64,000 bases of DNA from Tubiluchus corallicola (lineage: Eukaryota > Animalia > Priapulida): positions 372,001 to 436,000 of the forward strand of contig JAQGDQ010000114.1 in assembly GCA_030141605.1 (NCBI GenBank). The letters run 5' to 3'. A program made the position numbers and the translations under genes. The notes below the pieces were generated by a model. The model saw only the letters and a program-made list of their open reading frames with translations. It did no database searches and was not told where the DNA came from. Positions 38,061-52,400 of this stretch are shown here, piece after piece. How positions within the stretch are numbered: the first letter of the stretch is position 1; the number at the start of each line of letters is the position of its first letter.

Positions 38061-41000
38061 TAAGTGGAGGTTGGTGCATGCGGCGCGTGCCCCATGAATT
38101 TGATTGTGCAGCCGGTCGCTTATTGTGAATTCAAGTTAGGCAGCTAAATCATAAGCGGCAAACAGCTTTACTCGACTATTTTATTGATGAAGCAGCAGTA
38201 AGAGACCCACAATAAACAGAAAAGCTTTGTCAGGCAAAATCGCAGACAGATATACGACCATGGCGTTTCTGTAGGGCCAACAATTAACAATAAGTTACTA
38301 AACAGGGGCCTTTCAGTTATTTATAAAATTTGCTGAAAATTTTATGAGGAAGGTAACTCAAACCACAAGTATTAAAACTCCTGAAAACGCATTCTTTGCA
38401 TTTTTTTACTGTACTACAAGGTACTGTAACCTTTCCGTTCCTGTCATTATCCGCGTCTATATTTGCCGTTATTATATATTCACATTACCTGAAAATTAAA
38501 CTACTGGCCTGCCGAAATGTAAAAAAAACAGAAAAAACTTCACTCAAGCTGTGAAATTTACTCTATTACCTTACTTTTTAGCCCAAAACGAGAAAGAAAA
38601 TAACGCATAATGGTAATTTGATTCGTAAAACATTAATACCAAATAAAATTGATTTTTTTTGCAAATTTATGTGTTAAAATAATTCGTAATTATAACGCAG
38701 TAAAAAGAAAAATGTACCATTGATGGTAGTAAATTTATATTAAATTAGCCTAGCCGGAACCTTACCAAATATAACAAGATGGTTGATGATTTGATGTAAA
38801 GTTGCAGTACAGCTCATTCAGAAAGTGGAAATTGTGCATTAATAACTTATTTGCATTGGTAATTTATAATATGGGTTGTTAAAAAAGTACTTAAGATGTA
38901 TCTACGTTATAGTATCAAATAAACTAAAGGACAGAACATTTTCTGTTCAGAAAATAGGTAAATGACAATCAGACTGAATATAGCCTAATTATCAATTTAA
39001 TAATGCACATAGCTGCTTTTTCAACAAAGTCTTGTTTTATTAATTAAATTCTAATGCAAATTAAGTAAATTATTTATTGCATAATTGGTGACCTGCGTGC
39101 CGTTTTGAAATTTACAATTTTTGCTCGCTTACGTATTATAATATACACACATTATCACTTAATAACATAGCCAGAATAGCTGAAACTAGTATTAAAAACA
39201 AGTAGTTAAATGTTCGCTGACTTTGGTTAAATGTGTTTATTTACTGACTTCTCAAAAAACTGATTTCGCTAGTGCATAGAGCTCACCTACTTTAAAACGA
39301 TAGTTTAAGAGTAATAAAATTTACTTGTTGTAAAATGAAATTTTTGAGACACAATTTTGAAATATCAGAACAACACTATTAGCTTAGAAAATTGGTAACC
39401 GTTGCTAAAATTTACATGGATAGCCTGTATCTTTTACGAATTTGTTTCCGAATTAGAGGCAAATTTTTCAGAAAAATGTTTCTATAAGAAAAATGCGATA
39501 AACAACTAAGGAAGCAGATAGGTAAGAATTCAAAACTATTAGAAAGATTATCGACCATGCAATTCGCCAGATTGACAATGCGCTTCATTAAAAATGGTAA
39601 CGTTTCCTGTAAAAGCGTTTTTCCTGGCTGTGATGTTACAAAGCCGTTGTTGGGCCCACACCTACTTATGAGTCTTACTCGCTGCAAACCACGAGTGGCC
39701 AATTAATAGTACCAGAAGTGATGTCTCATTTTACTGCAACAATATAATTTCCGCGTTTTTATGAGTTATTTTGTGTTTAGTTTGAATGGGAGCATTGAGG
39801 AAAACCTTGTCGACGGGCTGTTACCACTTGGAACAAACTCTTTTATGTAACGCAGACGGGTCTAACACAAATCTGACAAGAATTTGACTGGATTAGAGGC
39901 TTTATGCTCTTTATGTGCGCCTGCTTATAGCACAAATAACCTCTCCAACTTGCCACCAGCCATGCTTGTAATCTCTTGTACCCCTTTAGTTTATTCTTTG
40001 TATACGAGGAAAGAGATATGGAACACAATCTGCCAAATCTAGATCCTGTTATGCAACTGGAGTTAGGGCATCGTGGATTACGGGTGGTTGCCAGGTATAT
40101 CTCAGCAATCTTGTGACTTATGTGTTCATAATGGTGGACGCACTAACAGGTGGACCAGGTAACTAAACAATAGGTAAATAATCTCTCCCTCAGTAAATTA
40201 CACAAATGTGCACGCAATACCACACTAAACTGCTCAGTGTTGGGTTTATATGCAAAATACGTTAAAATTCCGATCTTTATTGGTAATATTTTAACTTTAA
40301 ATGTCCAAATAAGCGTTCGGCGTATGAAATGCAAAAGAGAGTGTTGTTATATTAAAAGATTAGATTGTTGCAAACATGCAGGTTTTATTTATCTAACAAA
40401 TAACATAACACCACTATTTCCTATAACACGAAACTAATTCTTAACGACAAAAGTAGATACAATTTATGAAAATCCCAAAGCGAAGGAACAGAAAAAACAC
40501 GACATTTCAGTCCACCAGTGTGAATTAGCTTCAGGTGAAAAGAAAAAAGGAAAAGCCACAAAGAATTACTAGATACTGATTTTTTTTATCTTTTTACTAA
40601 CACATTCAGAAAATTACTATTTAGTAATTCTTCGTGTTTCTTTTTATTTTTCATAGTGATAGTTTGAAACGACGTCGCCATTTTTCTCATTCTTCATTGT
40701 GTGATTTTTAGAAATTGCTAATTCAATTTTCATTTTACTATTTTTATCTGTAAGCGAAAATCGTTGAAACAGCCATTTATGTTCAAATTAACACCCAGTA
40801 GAAATAAACAAATTATTATTCAAAGATAAGTTCGGTTTTAAGTGAATATTCAATTTTTAATATTGAAAATGAAGCTACAGAAACTGGCGCAACTCTTCTG
40901 ACTAAAAATGTAGACCGTTAGAGCTGCCCTTTTAGGCCCGAACAATGCCAATTAGTATACGTATATATTAGAGAGACAGAAAATGTAAATTAATAGGTTT

Positions 41001-44000
41001 GTATTATGTAATTGTTACTATATTTTATGGTGTTATTAAAATTATAAGAAATGTTTAAATAATGTAATAGCAATTGTTAAGGGAAAATTTTTACCATCTT
41101 TGAAATGTATTGTTGTTTCGCAATACGCACGGCGTGCTGTTTTGTAAAATTGTATCATTGTATCTCACTTGTCTCGCTCACTGCTATCTCGTTTATTTAC
41201 TGTCTTCTTGTTGAAATACCTTTTACTCTTTGAGAGTCATTGTACTTTCGTAATGTGATTGTATTATTCAGAGCCGAACGCAATTTTCTATAACAGTTTA
41301 TGCTAATTTAGACAGTCACTGAGGAAACGATTTACCGTTTTATTATAAATTCTATTTTAAGATTAAATAAAGATGTTTATTGTCGCTATCACAGCAGTAT
41401 CGCTATCGTAAACTAAAATTAGCGAACATTCGTAGTAATGTAAGGGTCACAATTTTGTCTAATTAGTACCATCTCCTTAAGTACACAATTCTCGAGCAAC
41501 ACGGATCTTCATGAGTGTGCAATATCCGTGCAACTACCATACATGCAAACCGATTCTAACCGACGAGGCGTTAGTAAATGTTTATGGTACTAAATGGCCT
41601 TATCCGAATTTTTAACTAGTTGAAATATGACCACTACAGTTTATCATAATTGATTTTCAAAGAGCTAAGCGCTGTTATTGCCTTTGGGGTTCTGGAATTC
41701 TGCATTTTAAAGCGTGTCGATGACAGATTGCTAAATTAAGGATGATAGAGCGATTTTTGCGATGATAAGAAATTCTAAACAGGTGTCGCCGTTATCACGA
41801 CAGTTCAACACAATTAAGACAAACAAAAACTGTGGTTATGTTCATTTTGCCTTTTTCAGCTATATCCTATTTTTCATTTAGAATTTCAGGCTTTATTATT
41901 GTTTAGAAGTAACATTTGTTTCATTATGATTAAACTAATTGCTGTTTTTCACTTGTACATTCTGAAACTTTGGGAAAGTAAGAGTTAATAAATGCGAAAT
42001 ATTTATTAAATGTATTTACAAAATAAAACCTTGTCACATAATTTACTCAAAGAGCAAGCAGCATAGCAAACAACAAATCTTGTTACTGGGTACAGCCTTA
42101 AAGCTAGGCTAATCGCCGAGTGCCGACGGTCCGATTTTTTCTCGCCGGTCTGTTTGTTGGTATGACAGCTTGACTCTCGCTTACCTGCCTGTCAGTTTAT
42201 TCCACTAGCCCATTCGTTTAAATGTTTGTATCTTGCTGCTTAGCTGACACTTCTTCTCTGCTTGCCTGTCTATGCAACTGCCCGTTTACCATCTTGCTTG
42301 CATGACCAGCAATTATTGTTGACTTGTCAAATTTTACCAAACTGTAACTGATAAAAGTTACAATTCATGCAGCCAGGTTACTAACTAATCTCTTAACACC
42401 GTAATACAAAAGCATGCGAATAGCGCCCAAACCTTGACCAAGGGGGTTGCCTTCATTTGTTCTTGAAGGTGTAGATCCAATTATGATCGTCAATTGTGCA
42501 GACGAAATGTTTGACCACTAGTCTACAATGCCACCAACCATGATTAGCCATTGTAGGAGGGTCGAAATATGAGCACTGAACGAATATTCTTTGTTTTTCT
42601 TGATTGTTATTGTTTGGTCAGCAAGTATTACCTCATTACTTGAAAATTCTTTAACAAGATCATTGGGAGTTGTTATGTAGGTTCACGCAGAGAGCCAGAG
42701 GTTCGCAAAGGTCAGTGCTTGATGCAGGCCAATTAAGAAGTCGGGTGGTCGTTTCTTTGCATTGTTGGGACAGCCTAAACTCAGCTGGAAAACTGCAATA
42801 AATATAATAGTGCACGATATAGCCAATTACTAATCTCACTGTGAGACTTGGAAGTGATTTAACGTTTCGACGAAGATTTCAAAACTAATTTTGCCTTCCA
42901 GTTAGCTAATATACATTTTCCTCTTTTGGGAGTATAATATATTATTAAGCATGATCATTTTTAGAACTTTTTATAGCCTCATTTAATAGGCTATAAGCCT
43001 ATAATGATCAAGTAACCCTTTGAACAATGATCATTAATGAGCTTACAGGCATTCATCGTTTCAATGCCAGCGTGTTATAGATTGGATATATTTTTAATGC
43101 AACTAACGTAACTAATTGTGAAAAGCCACGACTTTCGTTCAACCATTAGCGTGAAAACTTGCCTTTTCACTTTGTTTGTCGTTTTGCAGAAACAACAATA
43201 TTGGGATGTCAGGTTTAATTATTCAACCAGTGCTGTTTCTATGGTTTCCGAATGTCCCAATATGGGCAACAAAACAGTTTCTACTCGTTACTACATTAGT
43301 GAGTGTCGAACTAAAATGTCCATCGCCACAGGGTTAAGCGGCTGTTAGTGTTATATATTGCATTCTTTTGGGGCTAACTCTGGTCGCCTAGGAAAATTTG
43401 TTCGCTAAATCTAATATGACAAGCACAATTGTAAATTGTCAAAATAGTTTTAATATCCTCACTAATTTGGCTGCAGGCAATGCTAAACGATGTTAAAAAG
43501 AGTTAAAAGGTGTTTGCAACAGCAATGAAGTACGTTTAGCAACAGCTGTGACTCACACGTTAAGCCATACTGAATTCTTTTATGACGAAACTGTGAGATG
43601 GCTTTTGGGTATCCCATCTGTCAGAGACCTGCCCCCATTAGACTGAGTTAATATCTTCCTCTGAGCTATAAAGCGTAAAGAATTTTTATTGGACTACTAC
43701 TAAAAGAGCTAATTACGAATCCATTACACCTGAAAATTTTACCATTGTGCTCTGTTGATCACCACACAAAATGTGATATTTGATATTTATAATACAAAAT
43801 ATGTGATATTCATACTGTAGATCGCAGGTTGCTTTGTTTTTATGCGTTTCTAATTCAAATACATGACATAGAAGCTGATAAATTATATAGATTTTTGCGT
43901 CTTAACCAGACAAAACCAATATTCTGGCGTTCTGAAATTTAACGTTACTGGTACGCGTAATGGATAAGTTGTTTAGTTGCAAATTGGTGAACGTCAACCT

Positions 44001-44069
44001 AAAGTTGCCAAACAAAGCAAACACAGTACCGCAGCTGCTGCAACAATTGTTGATAACTACAGCATTGCG

Positions 44070-44192
44070 CTACGCCACCATCACCACTACCAGTTGTAGC
44101 CACCAAAATGCAATCGTCGTTGTCGTGGTGGTAGTAGTAGTCGTCGTCGTCGTCATTGTCATCGTAATTATCATCATGATTACCATCATCGC
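44070..44192. repeat. Compound trinucleotide low-complexity tract (CAC/GTC/GTA/ATC)
   Basis: gtcgttgtcgtggtggtagtagtagtcgtcgtcgtcgtcattgtcatcgtaattatcatcatg; it explains the poly-V and poly-D ORFs. Confidence 0.85.
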
Positions 44193-44884
44193 CTAAGCCT
44201 AAAATAGCACTGACAGCAGCCAAAAAGCAACAAAATAGCAGTTGACACACTACGAATTTCAGCATCGTCCAGACTTACTCACTCATCTCCATTTGGTCAT
44301 ACAACGTTTAAAAATGTTAGGAATTTGATGTTCGGTTAAATTGTGCACAGAATTCCTAGGATTTCATTGTCTAATCATTGTCTACATTTATTAAGTTGCT
44401 GAGAACACTTCGTCTTCATCCCTTTCGCAACTTTTCGTCCTATTTCTATGAAAGTAACACTACACATTATAATTATTTATGAATACAATGAAACAATATC
44501 TTTGCTGTCTTGGTAAGCTGGCAAGAACTTATCCATCTGGCTAGTACGAGCTATGTAATTATACTATTATAGTACAACAGAAAAATTTATTCAGAATCCA
44601 CGGGTGTGCCAACCACTATGCTCCCCATATGTCTGGCTATTTTATATTACAGTAGCGACGCATGCACTAATGAAGGATTGATCTTAACAACACAATTATT
44701 ATGATTTCCTGCATTATTCATCAAAAGTGTTAAGTTTACGTGAGTGCCTGTTCTGTAAGTTTACCTCGCGTACACTTAAGAATTCATATAAACAAACATT
44801 GTAGGTAAAAGAATGAGAAACTGCTCAACGTGTAATTCAGTACATTATAGTTTGCAGAGTTACTGCTACTTATTTATTTGCTAC

Positions 44885-44944
44885 TCATTCATTCATTCAT
44901 TCATTCATTCATTCATTCATTCATTCATTCATTCATTCATTCAT
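44885..44944. repeat. (TCAT)n microsatellite with decayed continuation to ~45075
   Basis: 15 perfect TCAT units. Confidence 0.95.
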
Positions 44945-47900
44945 GTTCCTTCGTTTTGTCATTTATTACCCGGTTGCCCATTCATTTCTTCATTTTCCCA
45001 TTCATTCGTTCATTCGCTCGTTCACTCATTTGCTGGATTATTTGTTCGTTTACTCGTCCGTCCTTTTCTTATTTCATTGCCTTATTAACCGTGAAAAATA
45101 GTTTTCTTTCAGTTAGGACAAACAGTAATATTTTAGAACGTATGGTGGTTAATAAAATCACTGTTGTATTTAAAAAACTTGAAATTTTTGGGAGTAAGTT
45201 ATGATGCGTCTTCGTATAAAAAACCGGCAAGATCCTAAAAATACGAATTTTTGCAGGGAAAAATATATATTATGCTTCAGCTTTTGAACCCACTGTTCAA
45301 CCATTTGAAGCTTACAAAGACAATATCGATAAATTACTAAAAATGGGGAAGAGATTTATATGAGTTAATAAACCGTACGGCTCATACTAAACACTTATTC
45401 AAAGATTTGATCATTCCAACCGCTGCAACAATTGGCTAAATCAAAAATCGCGCAGACTTAATGTTTTGTTGCGCTAATAATTCATTATCAAATGTTTTCT
45501 ACTCATTTTTCATTTCAAACAGAGATCGACATACCTTTGAAGCAATGTAGTGAAATATTTATCAAACTCCAATATGTAATAGGACTAATGTAAATTTTCA
45601 GTTTATTTCATGTCAAGTTGATGTCCGCATGCAATAGGCCCAATTTATTCATTTCTGCTAAAGACTCTCCATTACTTTGTGTTTGAAGCGAAGCTAAAGA
45701 TCCCGTTACATTCTTTCAGTGTATTTTACCTGCTACGTATATTAATTACGTTATTGCAAATCACTACAAATATTTAAATCTGCGACATGCTAAAAACCTG
45801 TATTTTAGTTGAAAAATAATCTTGGGCTTCAAAATGTCGTTAATTTATAGTGTTTTAGTTTTATTTTATAGTAACTGTGAACTATGTTTTAACTGTCTGC
45901 ATTTAGTTGTAACATTTTTTAATGTTAAGGCTATATAATTAGTTAATTAATTTAGTTCTTTTATGTTATTAAATCTTTTTATTGACTTACTTAGGTGTTC
46001 ATTCAATATTTTCTCACAGATTTGCTGGTGTGAGTCCAACCATCCAATCATTAATATTGTTATTAACCATTTATGAATTTATGAATTCATAATTGTTATT
46101 CATTTATTTATTATTTCTTTGTTTACTTAGTCATTTTACGTACCATCGGTTTATTTATTTGTACACTCATTTATACAAGACCGTTCTGAGACAATATTGA
46201 AATTTATTTCGACTCAGTTTAGTTCAATTCAATTTACTTATTTCACTATTTGTGTATACCCGCGTAATAAAGATTGATGGAGTGATAATGTAAATCTATT
46301 AGCATGACTTTGCAATTTCCACGCACAGTAATACGAAAATGGTACATATATTTTATGCTTGCTTTAAGAGCATATATGGGCTTTTCATTAGCGCCTGCTC
46401 ATTAGCAGGCGTTTTCCATTTACCATTGTTTTTATACGAATAATGCAAAAACTTTCAATAATTTGTAATAACATGTACTATTCAGAATGGATTAATTTGC
46501 ACATGCTTAGGAGACACATGGCATGTTCAATATGGTGAAGAAATCGGCTTCACTCTATCTGTTTCAAGGCACTTAATCTGTGAATGTTAAACATAAAAAG
46601 AGCCTTTCGTCGATATTTTTTTCCTTTTGACGTAGAAAGTGTTGTTGAGTAATGGGACCTAATACTACGTGTATATAATGTATCATCCGTAACTATTGTT
46701 TAGCGCTTAGTATTTGCTCAAAATTCGATCTGGCAGCTAAACACATTGAAGTTGAAGGTTAAATAGATAAATTATGTGGAAGACAAAGACAAAAACAACA
46801 TTTATTTACCGTCGTTTATTTAACAGGCAATATTAGCATTAACAGCTATAGTTATTTAGCTACTTACACTACAGATAAGGTCAACAGACAACACAGGTAA
46901 GGATGCAACTCACGTAAAAACGAATAACATGTAAGGTATATGCTCTGGTATTTAGCAGCACCGATGTAGTCTCAAGGCTGGGTGGGTTACAGTCTGAAAT
47001 CTAGAACCCCAACCCAAGATGATCCAATACGTGCGGTGTTTAAGCAACTTCAACAAATTAAGACTAAAAAAGCTACTTCTTTATAAGAATAAAGTTTGTT
47101 AAGCTTTATTGTATTTTTGCGTTCTTTCAGAACCTTTGTTGATTGATTTTTTTTTCTTACTCTTGCGTCTAGAGCTCAGCCGGGATGTTTTCACGCTGAA
47201 CGAGCAAACCAATTGCAATTGACGAAGTGTTTATAATAGTTTAGCGATTTCAATCAAGTTTTCACCATATGCAACATCATAATTATCATATTATACGGTG
47301 CAAAGCCTGCAGTGCAAAACCATAAGAACACCGTGTGATGCGTATGTAGACTGTAAGGAATTATAGCAATTTGTTGAGGTTTAGTTGTGATTGCCCGCTC
47401 TGCGGCATTAATTACCTCCTTGCCTCCTTACATTACATACACCCTGATTGTGCCCGTCTGACTTTCAGTTGGTAATAAAGCCAAGGACCAACTGCTGCTA
47501 GAGTCGGATTCCATTGTTAGGCTTTAACTAAATAACCTCCCTGTTCTGGTCTCTCTCTGGGTCCCATTTTTCCCGTACTCCTGGGAGCAGCCAGTAAACA
47601 ACAGCCTCGCTCAAGTGTGATAATTTAATAGGAGGGTGATGTGCGTGGAGGTTCATGTTTCGTGCCAGCACCCGGCTCCCCATATTGAAGTGGCATGCGG
47701 TTATGAATGCGAACGGTTATGTATGCGGACGCAGTTGCGCTTGTAAGTCGACTATACTTCTTTTCCGTGTTAAAATTAATCTCTAAATTTTCGGTTATAC
47801 GGCTACCGTTCATAAAGTTAATTTTAATAACGACGGAAATGAGCGAAAAGTTTATGAAAACAGAGCCTATGGGCACCATGACCGGCCCTACCATAATTAC

Positions 47901-49119
47901 CTAGGACGCCAAATTTTGGGGGGCCCCATATATTATAATAAGTTTATATATCATCATTATAACCAAGCGGTTAATTACAGTACAACACAAGATTACAAAA
48001 TATATTTTTTAAAAAGAATAAGCAAGGTAGAACATACAGCGACAAGCACTGTCACACTATTACAAGATACATGAACGAAACAAACTAAAATTTGGAAATT
48101 AAGTAAGCCATATGAGATAAAACTTTTATTGAATCTCTCTGTACTGTAAATAGGTAAGGGGTTTTTGAGATGATTCGAATGTTATATCAATGAGTATGGG
48201 CATCTGCCATTAGAGTGTGGGTTTTATTATTAGAATTTTGAATTGATAAGAACAACTTTTTGTTATAATTCTCGCGACGGTAAAATAAAAGTTAAGGATT
48301 AGCCAAAATAAGAGCATTCGCATAGTTTTCATTTGGGAAAAGTATTTTCAATGAGCCTTTTTGAACAGTTTCTAGCAAATCAGGGAGATTTTGGGAGAGG
48401 GATGACAAGCGTATTCAACAACTGGCTTTATCACGATGCAGTACATTTTTATCATATCATTAAGAGATGTCCCAGCTCTTTTCATTAGTAGCAAAAAAAT
48501 TCTTTTACTGGCTTTAGCGTAAAGTGAACAGACATGGGTGTTCCGTGTTAAAGCTTTAACTGTTTATACATCTAAAAGCTCAACTCTTTTTACCAGCAAA
48601 TTAGAGACGATAATAGGAGAAATATAAGAAGGCTTCATATATAAAATAAAATGTCTATGTCTATGTATGTCTATGCTTAGCCATGAAAGTCATAATCATT
48701 TCATTGAATCTAGACATATTGAAATTTAGATTATTGGCGTTTGCCCATTATACGGCCTGATTAGCTAATGCCTGATTAGCCAGTAGAGGTGCCAATGCCA
48801 AATATATTTGTGTCGTCAGTATACTTGACATCATCACATAGTGTGTGTAAATCATTGATTATTGTAACGAACAGATCCGATCAAGTTTTAGTACCTTGTC
48901 TGTACTATTGAAAGATAAACTTTAAGTTTTGACTTTAGCATAAGTAATAACATATGCGTGTAATTGTTCAAGCGAACAAACCCTTTAATGAGAAAAGAAC
49001 TACTTATGTCACAATGTATGATTTGTCCACGCTAACACCAACCTCTCTTCCCTCAGCAAAAGACTTTCTACTTCTGCTTTACCTGGCAGATTAGCCATTT
49101 CATGCAGACATTACTGAAG

Positions 49120-49400
49120 CGTTTCCCTGCGTTTGCCCATATGGAGCTTATATTGTATACAGCAGCAGACTTTTTCAAGAAAATTCTTGCAATAGCAGTT
49201 ATCTAATTTCGCCAGATAAACACGAAAGAATCGAAGCCTTCGGGAGGGCATCACATGAAACAAACGGTAAAAAGCTGGCAGACATTGAACGGCAAGAAAA
49301 CTTGCTCACGAAGTATTTGCAACCAGACTATGGTTCCCAAGACGATAAAATGTACAAGGAGTATGTACAAGGAGAGTATGCAAAAATGTAGAAATTTTGA
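49120..49400 (+). mobile_element. Decayed LTR-retrotransposon (Gypsy-like) pol remnant, RNase H end to integrase zinc-binding region
   Basis: Across frameshifts it reads RLPIWSL (resembles RLxRWxL), IAxYLxR (resembles ADYLSR) and KLAHE...RLWFP..DKMYKEYVQ (resembles LAHEGHxG...WFPxxDKxVxxxV), in the expected order. Confidence 0.4.
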
Positions 49401-52400
49401 TTGCTTCCAAAGACCAGATCCATATGTTCATAAGTTCAATTTCACATGAAATAACTCTAGGTGAAAATACTATTATTAATTACAGTGAATAAGTACACTT
49501 CAATGCATGTATAAGCCTAATACACAGGTGCCATTATACTTTATTTGATACAAATAAAAATTCAATTTCTTGTTATGTATGGGGTCTGTGAGGTAAGGTT
49601 TTGACAGGTGAGGAAAGGGCCACAGAGGCTTGCCATGAAAAATAAGAATGTTGTTCGACTCAAATTATTTCGTCGCGATGATTTTTCGAAACAGGAACAT
49701 TTTCAGTGCTAGGTATCTTAAACAAAGGTATGAAATTTTGACGTATATATGTTTGGGCACACTGGACACACAACGAATGGACACGGGTAGTGCGCACAAT
49801 CTAGTTTAAACAAGGACAAGTTTGGATGCAAAGAAGTTTAGAAACAGGCAAGTTTGGGATACGGAATGGTTGTGCACTGACAAATTTGGTGTAACAATGT
49901 CCAGTTGTCCCCACCTAAATTCAAGTTCTGAAAGCAAGTTCTGGTTTCAAGGTGGCAAAATGTGGGTAATGCCTAGCTACAAATTATTTGTGTTCTACAT
50001 GTGTAAAAGTTGCCTTAGTTCTGAATACCACATACTATGCGTACAACTCCTTTTTGCGCTTCATTGGACGCGTCTGACTGGATGCGTAACTCTGATGTTT
50101 CTTGTTAAGGATGTGCAACAGGACGCGCTAAGGACTGTGGTACATTAATAGGTATTGAGTTTACGCATTCAGAGGCCATGCCACTCCGTAATGCTTGGTG
50201 TGTTTTTACTGGCACTGTGAAAAGAACATCGGGCGCTTACATGAAAATAACTTTACACTTAATAAAGTCTTAAATGACGTTTCACTCAAACCGTAATGGT
50301 TTCCGATTCTTGTTTCTAGCCTAGATCGTTTCCAATCAACTTTGTTGTTCACTACACGTACTTCTGCCAGTTTCACATTCATTCGTAAATCGCAGTACTG
50401 TAATACAACTGATTTTCTTTACTTTTAAAGAGAACAAGTGAAATATGTTTCCGTGTAAGAGACGAATTCACACATAATATGTAATCTCTGTACTATTTTT
50501 ATAACCAATGCATATTTTTAGAAACAGTAACTGTAGCTGATCTTGCTGACAGATCTCAATAAAAAGATAGCTATACCCACAAGAATTATGCGTAAACGTC
50601 AATCAAGTCTATAATTCATAATTATAATTTTTGCCTCAGTTACGTTTTGGTTAAATGCGTGCCACTTTAAATATAATGATGGAAAAACAAATACAATATT
50701 TAAATATTAGGCGGAATAGCTCCGCATCATGCAGATACTTGATTAAAATACGGAGGACAAAACGAGATAAATGTTACACAAGCTAATGTCGAGACATCAA
50801 CATCATCTCGATTCACACTAAATTTCGGACGAGTTAAAGCCAAAGAGATAAAGTATTTTGTCCGTGTTTGTCTGCCCGTCAACAAGAACAAATTTATTAT
50901 CGCCAATTTAAGGAGTAATGGGCCCAGGTGGTGGAGCTATAGGAGATTTATGCGTAAAACCAGCAGATGAGCATCGTAAATTTGGCCAGCTATTGTCCAC
51001 TAACGGACAAAATTAGGAATTGGTAATACGTCTAAACGATGTTTGTACCTATCACCTGGCGGTTTTAGCATTATAATCTGCACCCGCTATCATTTTTCAC
51101 CATGAAAGTGTCGTCTGATTGTGCGCTTATTCCTTTTTAAACAACTTTGTTCTGTGCGAATAAGTTAGCGTAATAGACAAATACGCCAATAAATGGATAG
51201 GCGGTCCGGTCCAAGATGTGAACTATGCTCTCTGGTCTGGCTAAATCTGCAAACAATAATGACCAGTACAAAGTAACTCTCTAATGTTAGCTGTTTCCGT
51301 GTATGCTTTTTGTTTGATTATCTTAGAAAAGGTTTCTAAATCAGCAATTATACTATTACGTACGTAGGACAGGCCTAATGTTGGAAAATGATTCAAAATA
51401 AACTTAACCGCTTAAGAAAAGTTATTCACGCAAAATGTCATAGCATAACGGCTAAACGCTTTTAAAACGGTATTGCACAATACTATACGGTTTCAAGTTA
51501 TAAATTCATTAATTTTCAATTTCGTGTGCAATTATCTAATCAAAGCATGACATTAAAAAAACAAATACGATTCATTGCAATAAGAGTGCCGAAGATTTTG
51601 ACTGTAAAAATTTGTTAATAAGAATAAACAAAAACTGTTTAACAAAAGTATACAAACTCAGTTGTGTATCTGAACCGTAGCAGTTATTTACAATTATTTA
51701 AATAAATTAATAGTGGTACACTAACAATAGACTATATAATATCAGTAGACAAAAGCAATGCCAAAGTATGCCAAAGTAACCAAACAGCCCTCCTGAAAAT
51801 TTGTATGGCAAAACTACCTTTCCTTCAGTCGTTTTTAAACACACTGAACTGGTCTTGTTAGAGAACTTAGAAATATTTTCTTTCCATTAAATACTAAAGA
51901 AGTGTCATGTGATTTCAATAACGAAGGAAAAATGATGATATCAAAAATGTTTACTTCCAGTCGCCTTTATGGGCAAATCGACAAAACTTGCAGTTGCAAT
52001 AATAAAATTATTATGGGAGCATTGATATATCACCACAAGTACGGATTTGTTCTTTGTATCCTGCACAAACTTACAATTATGATAATTGATAAAAATGCTT
52101 TTTTCCTGGCACATAAATACAGTTTTGGTTTTTAGCAATAAATATTGCCAGTATGTTCATGTAGCTATAATTAAAAAAAGGTATACCTGGTAAGTGTGTT
52201 ACGTCAAATAAAATAGTATAACGTCAATCTTCGCGCATACTAAGCATAATCAATACAGGATTTTAAAATATTAACGCCGATTTTTTGCACCAACGCTATT
52301 AGTTTCATAATTTAAAAATCGTAATGAATCTAATTCGTAAACTATTATGACAACGTTTTTCACAAAACTGTCCAAATTTGTATTATAATGTAGTGAAATT

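Noticed and set aside
43960-45204. ORFs with poly-V, poly-D or FIHS repeats
   Set aside because: Translations of microsatellites.
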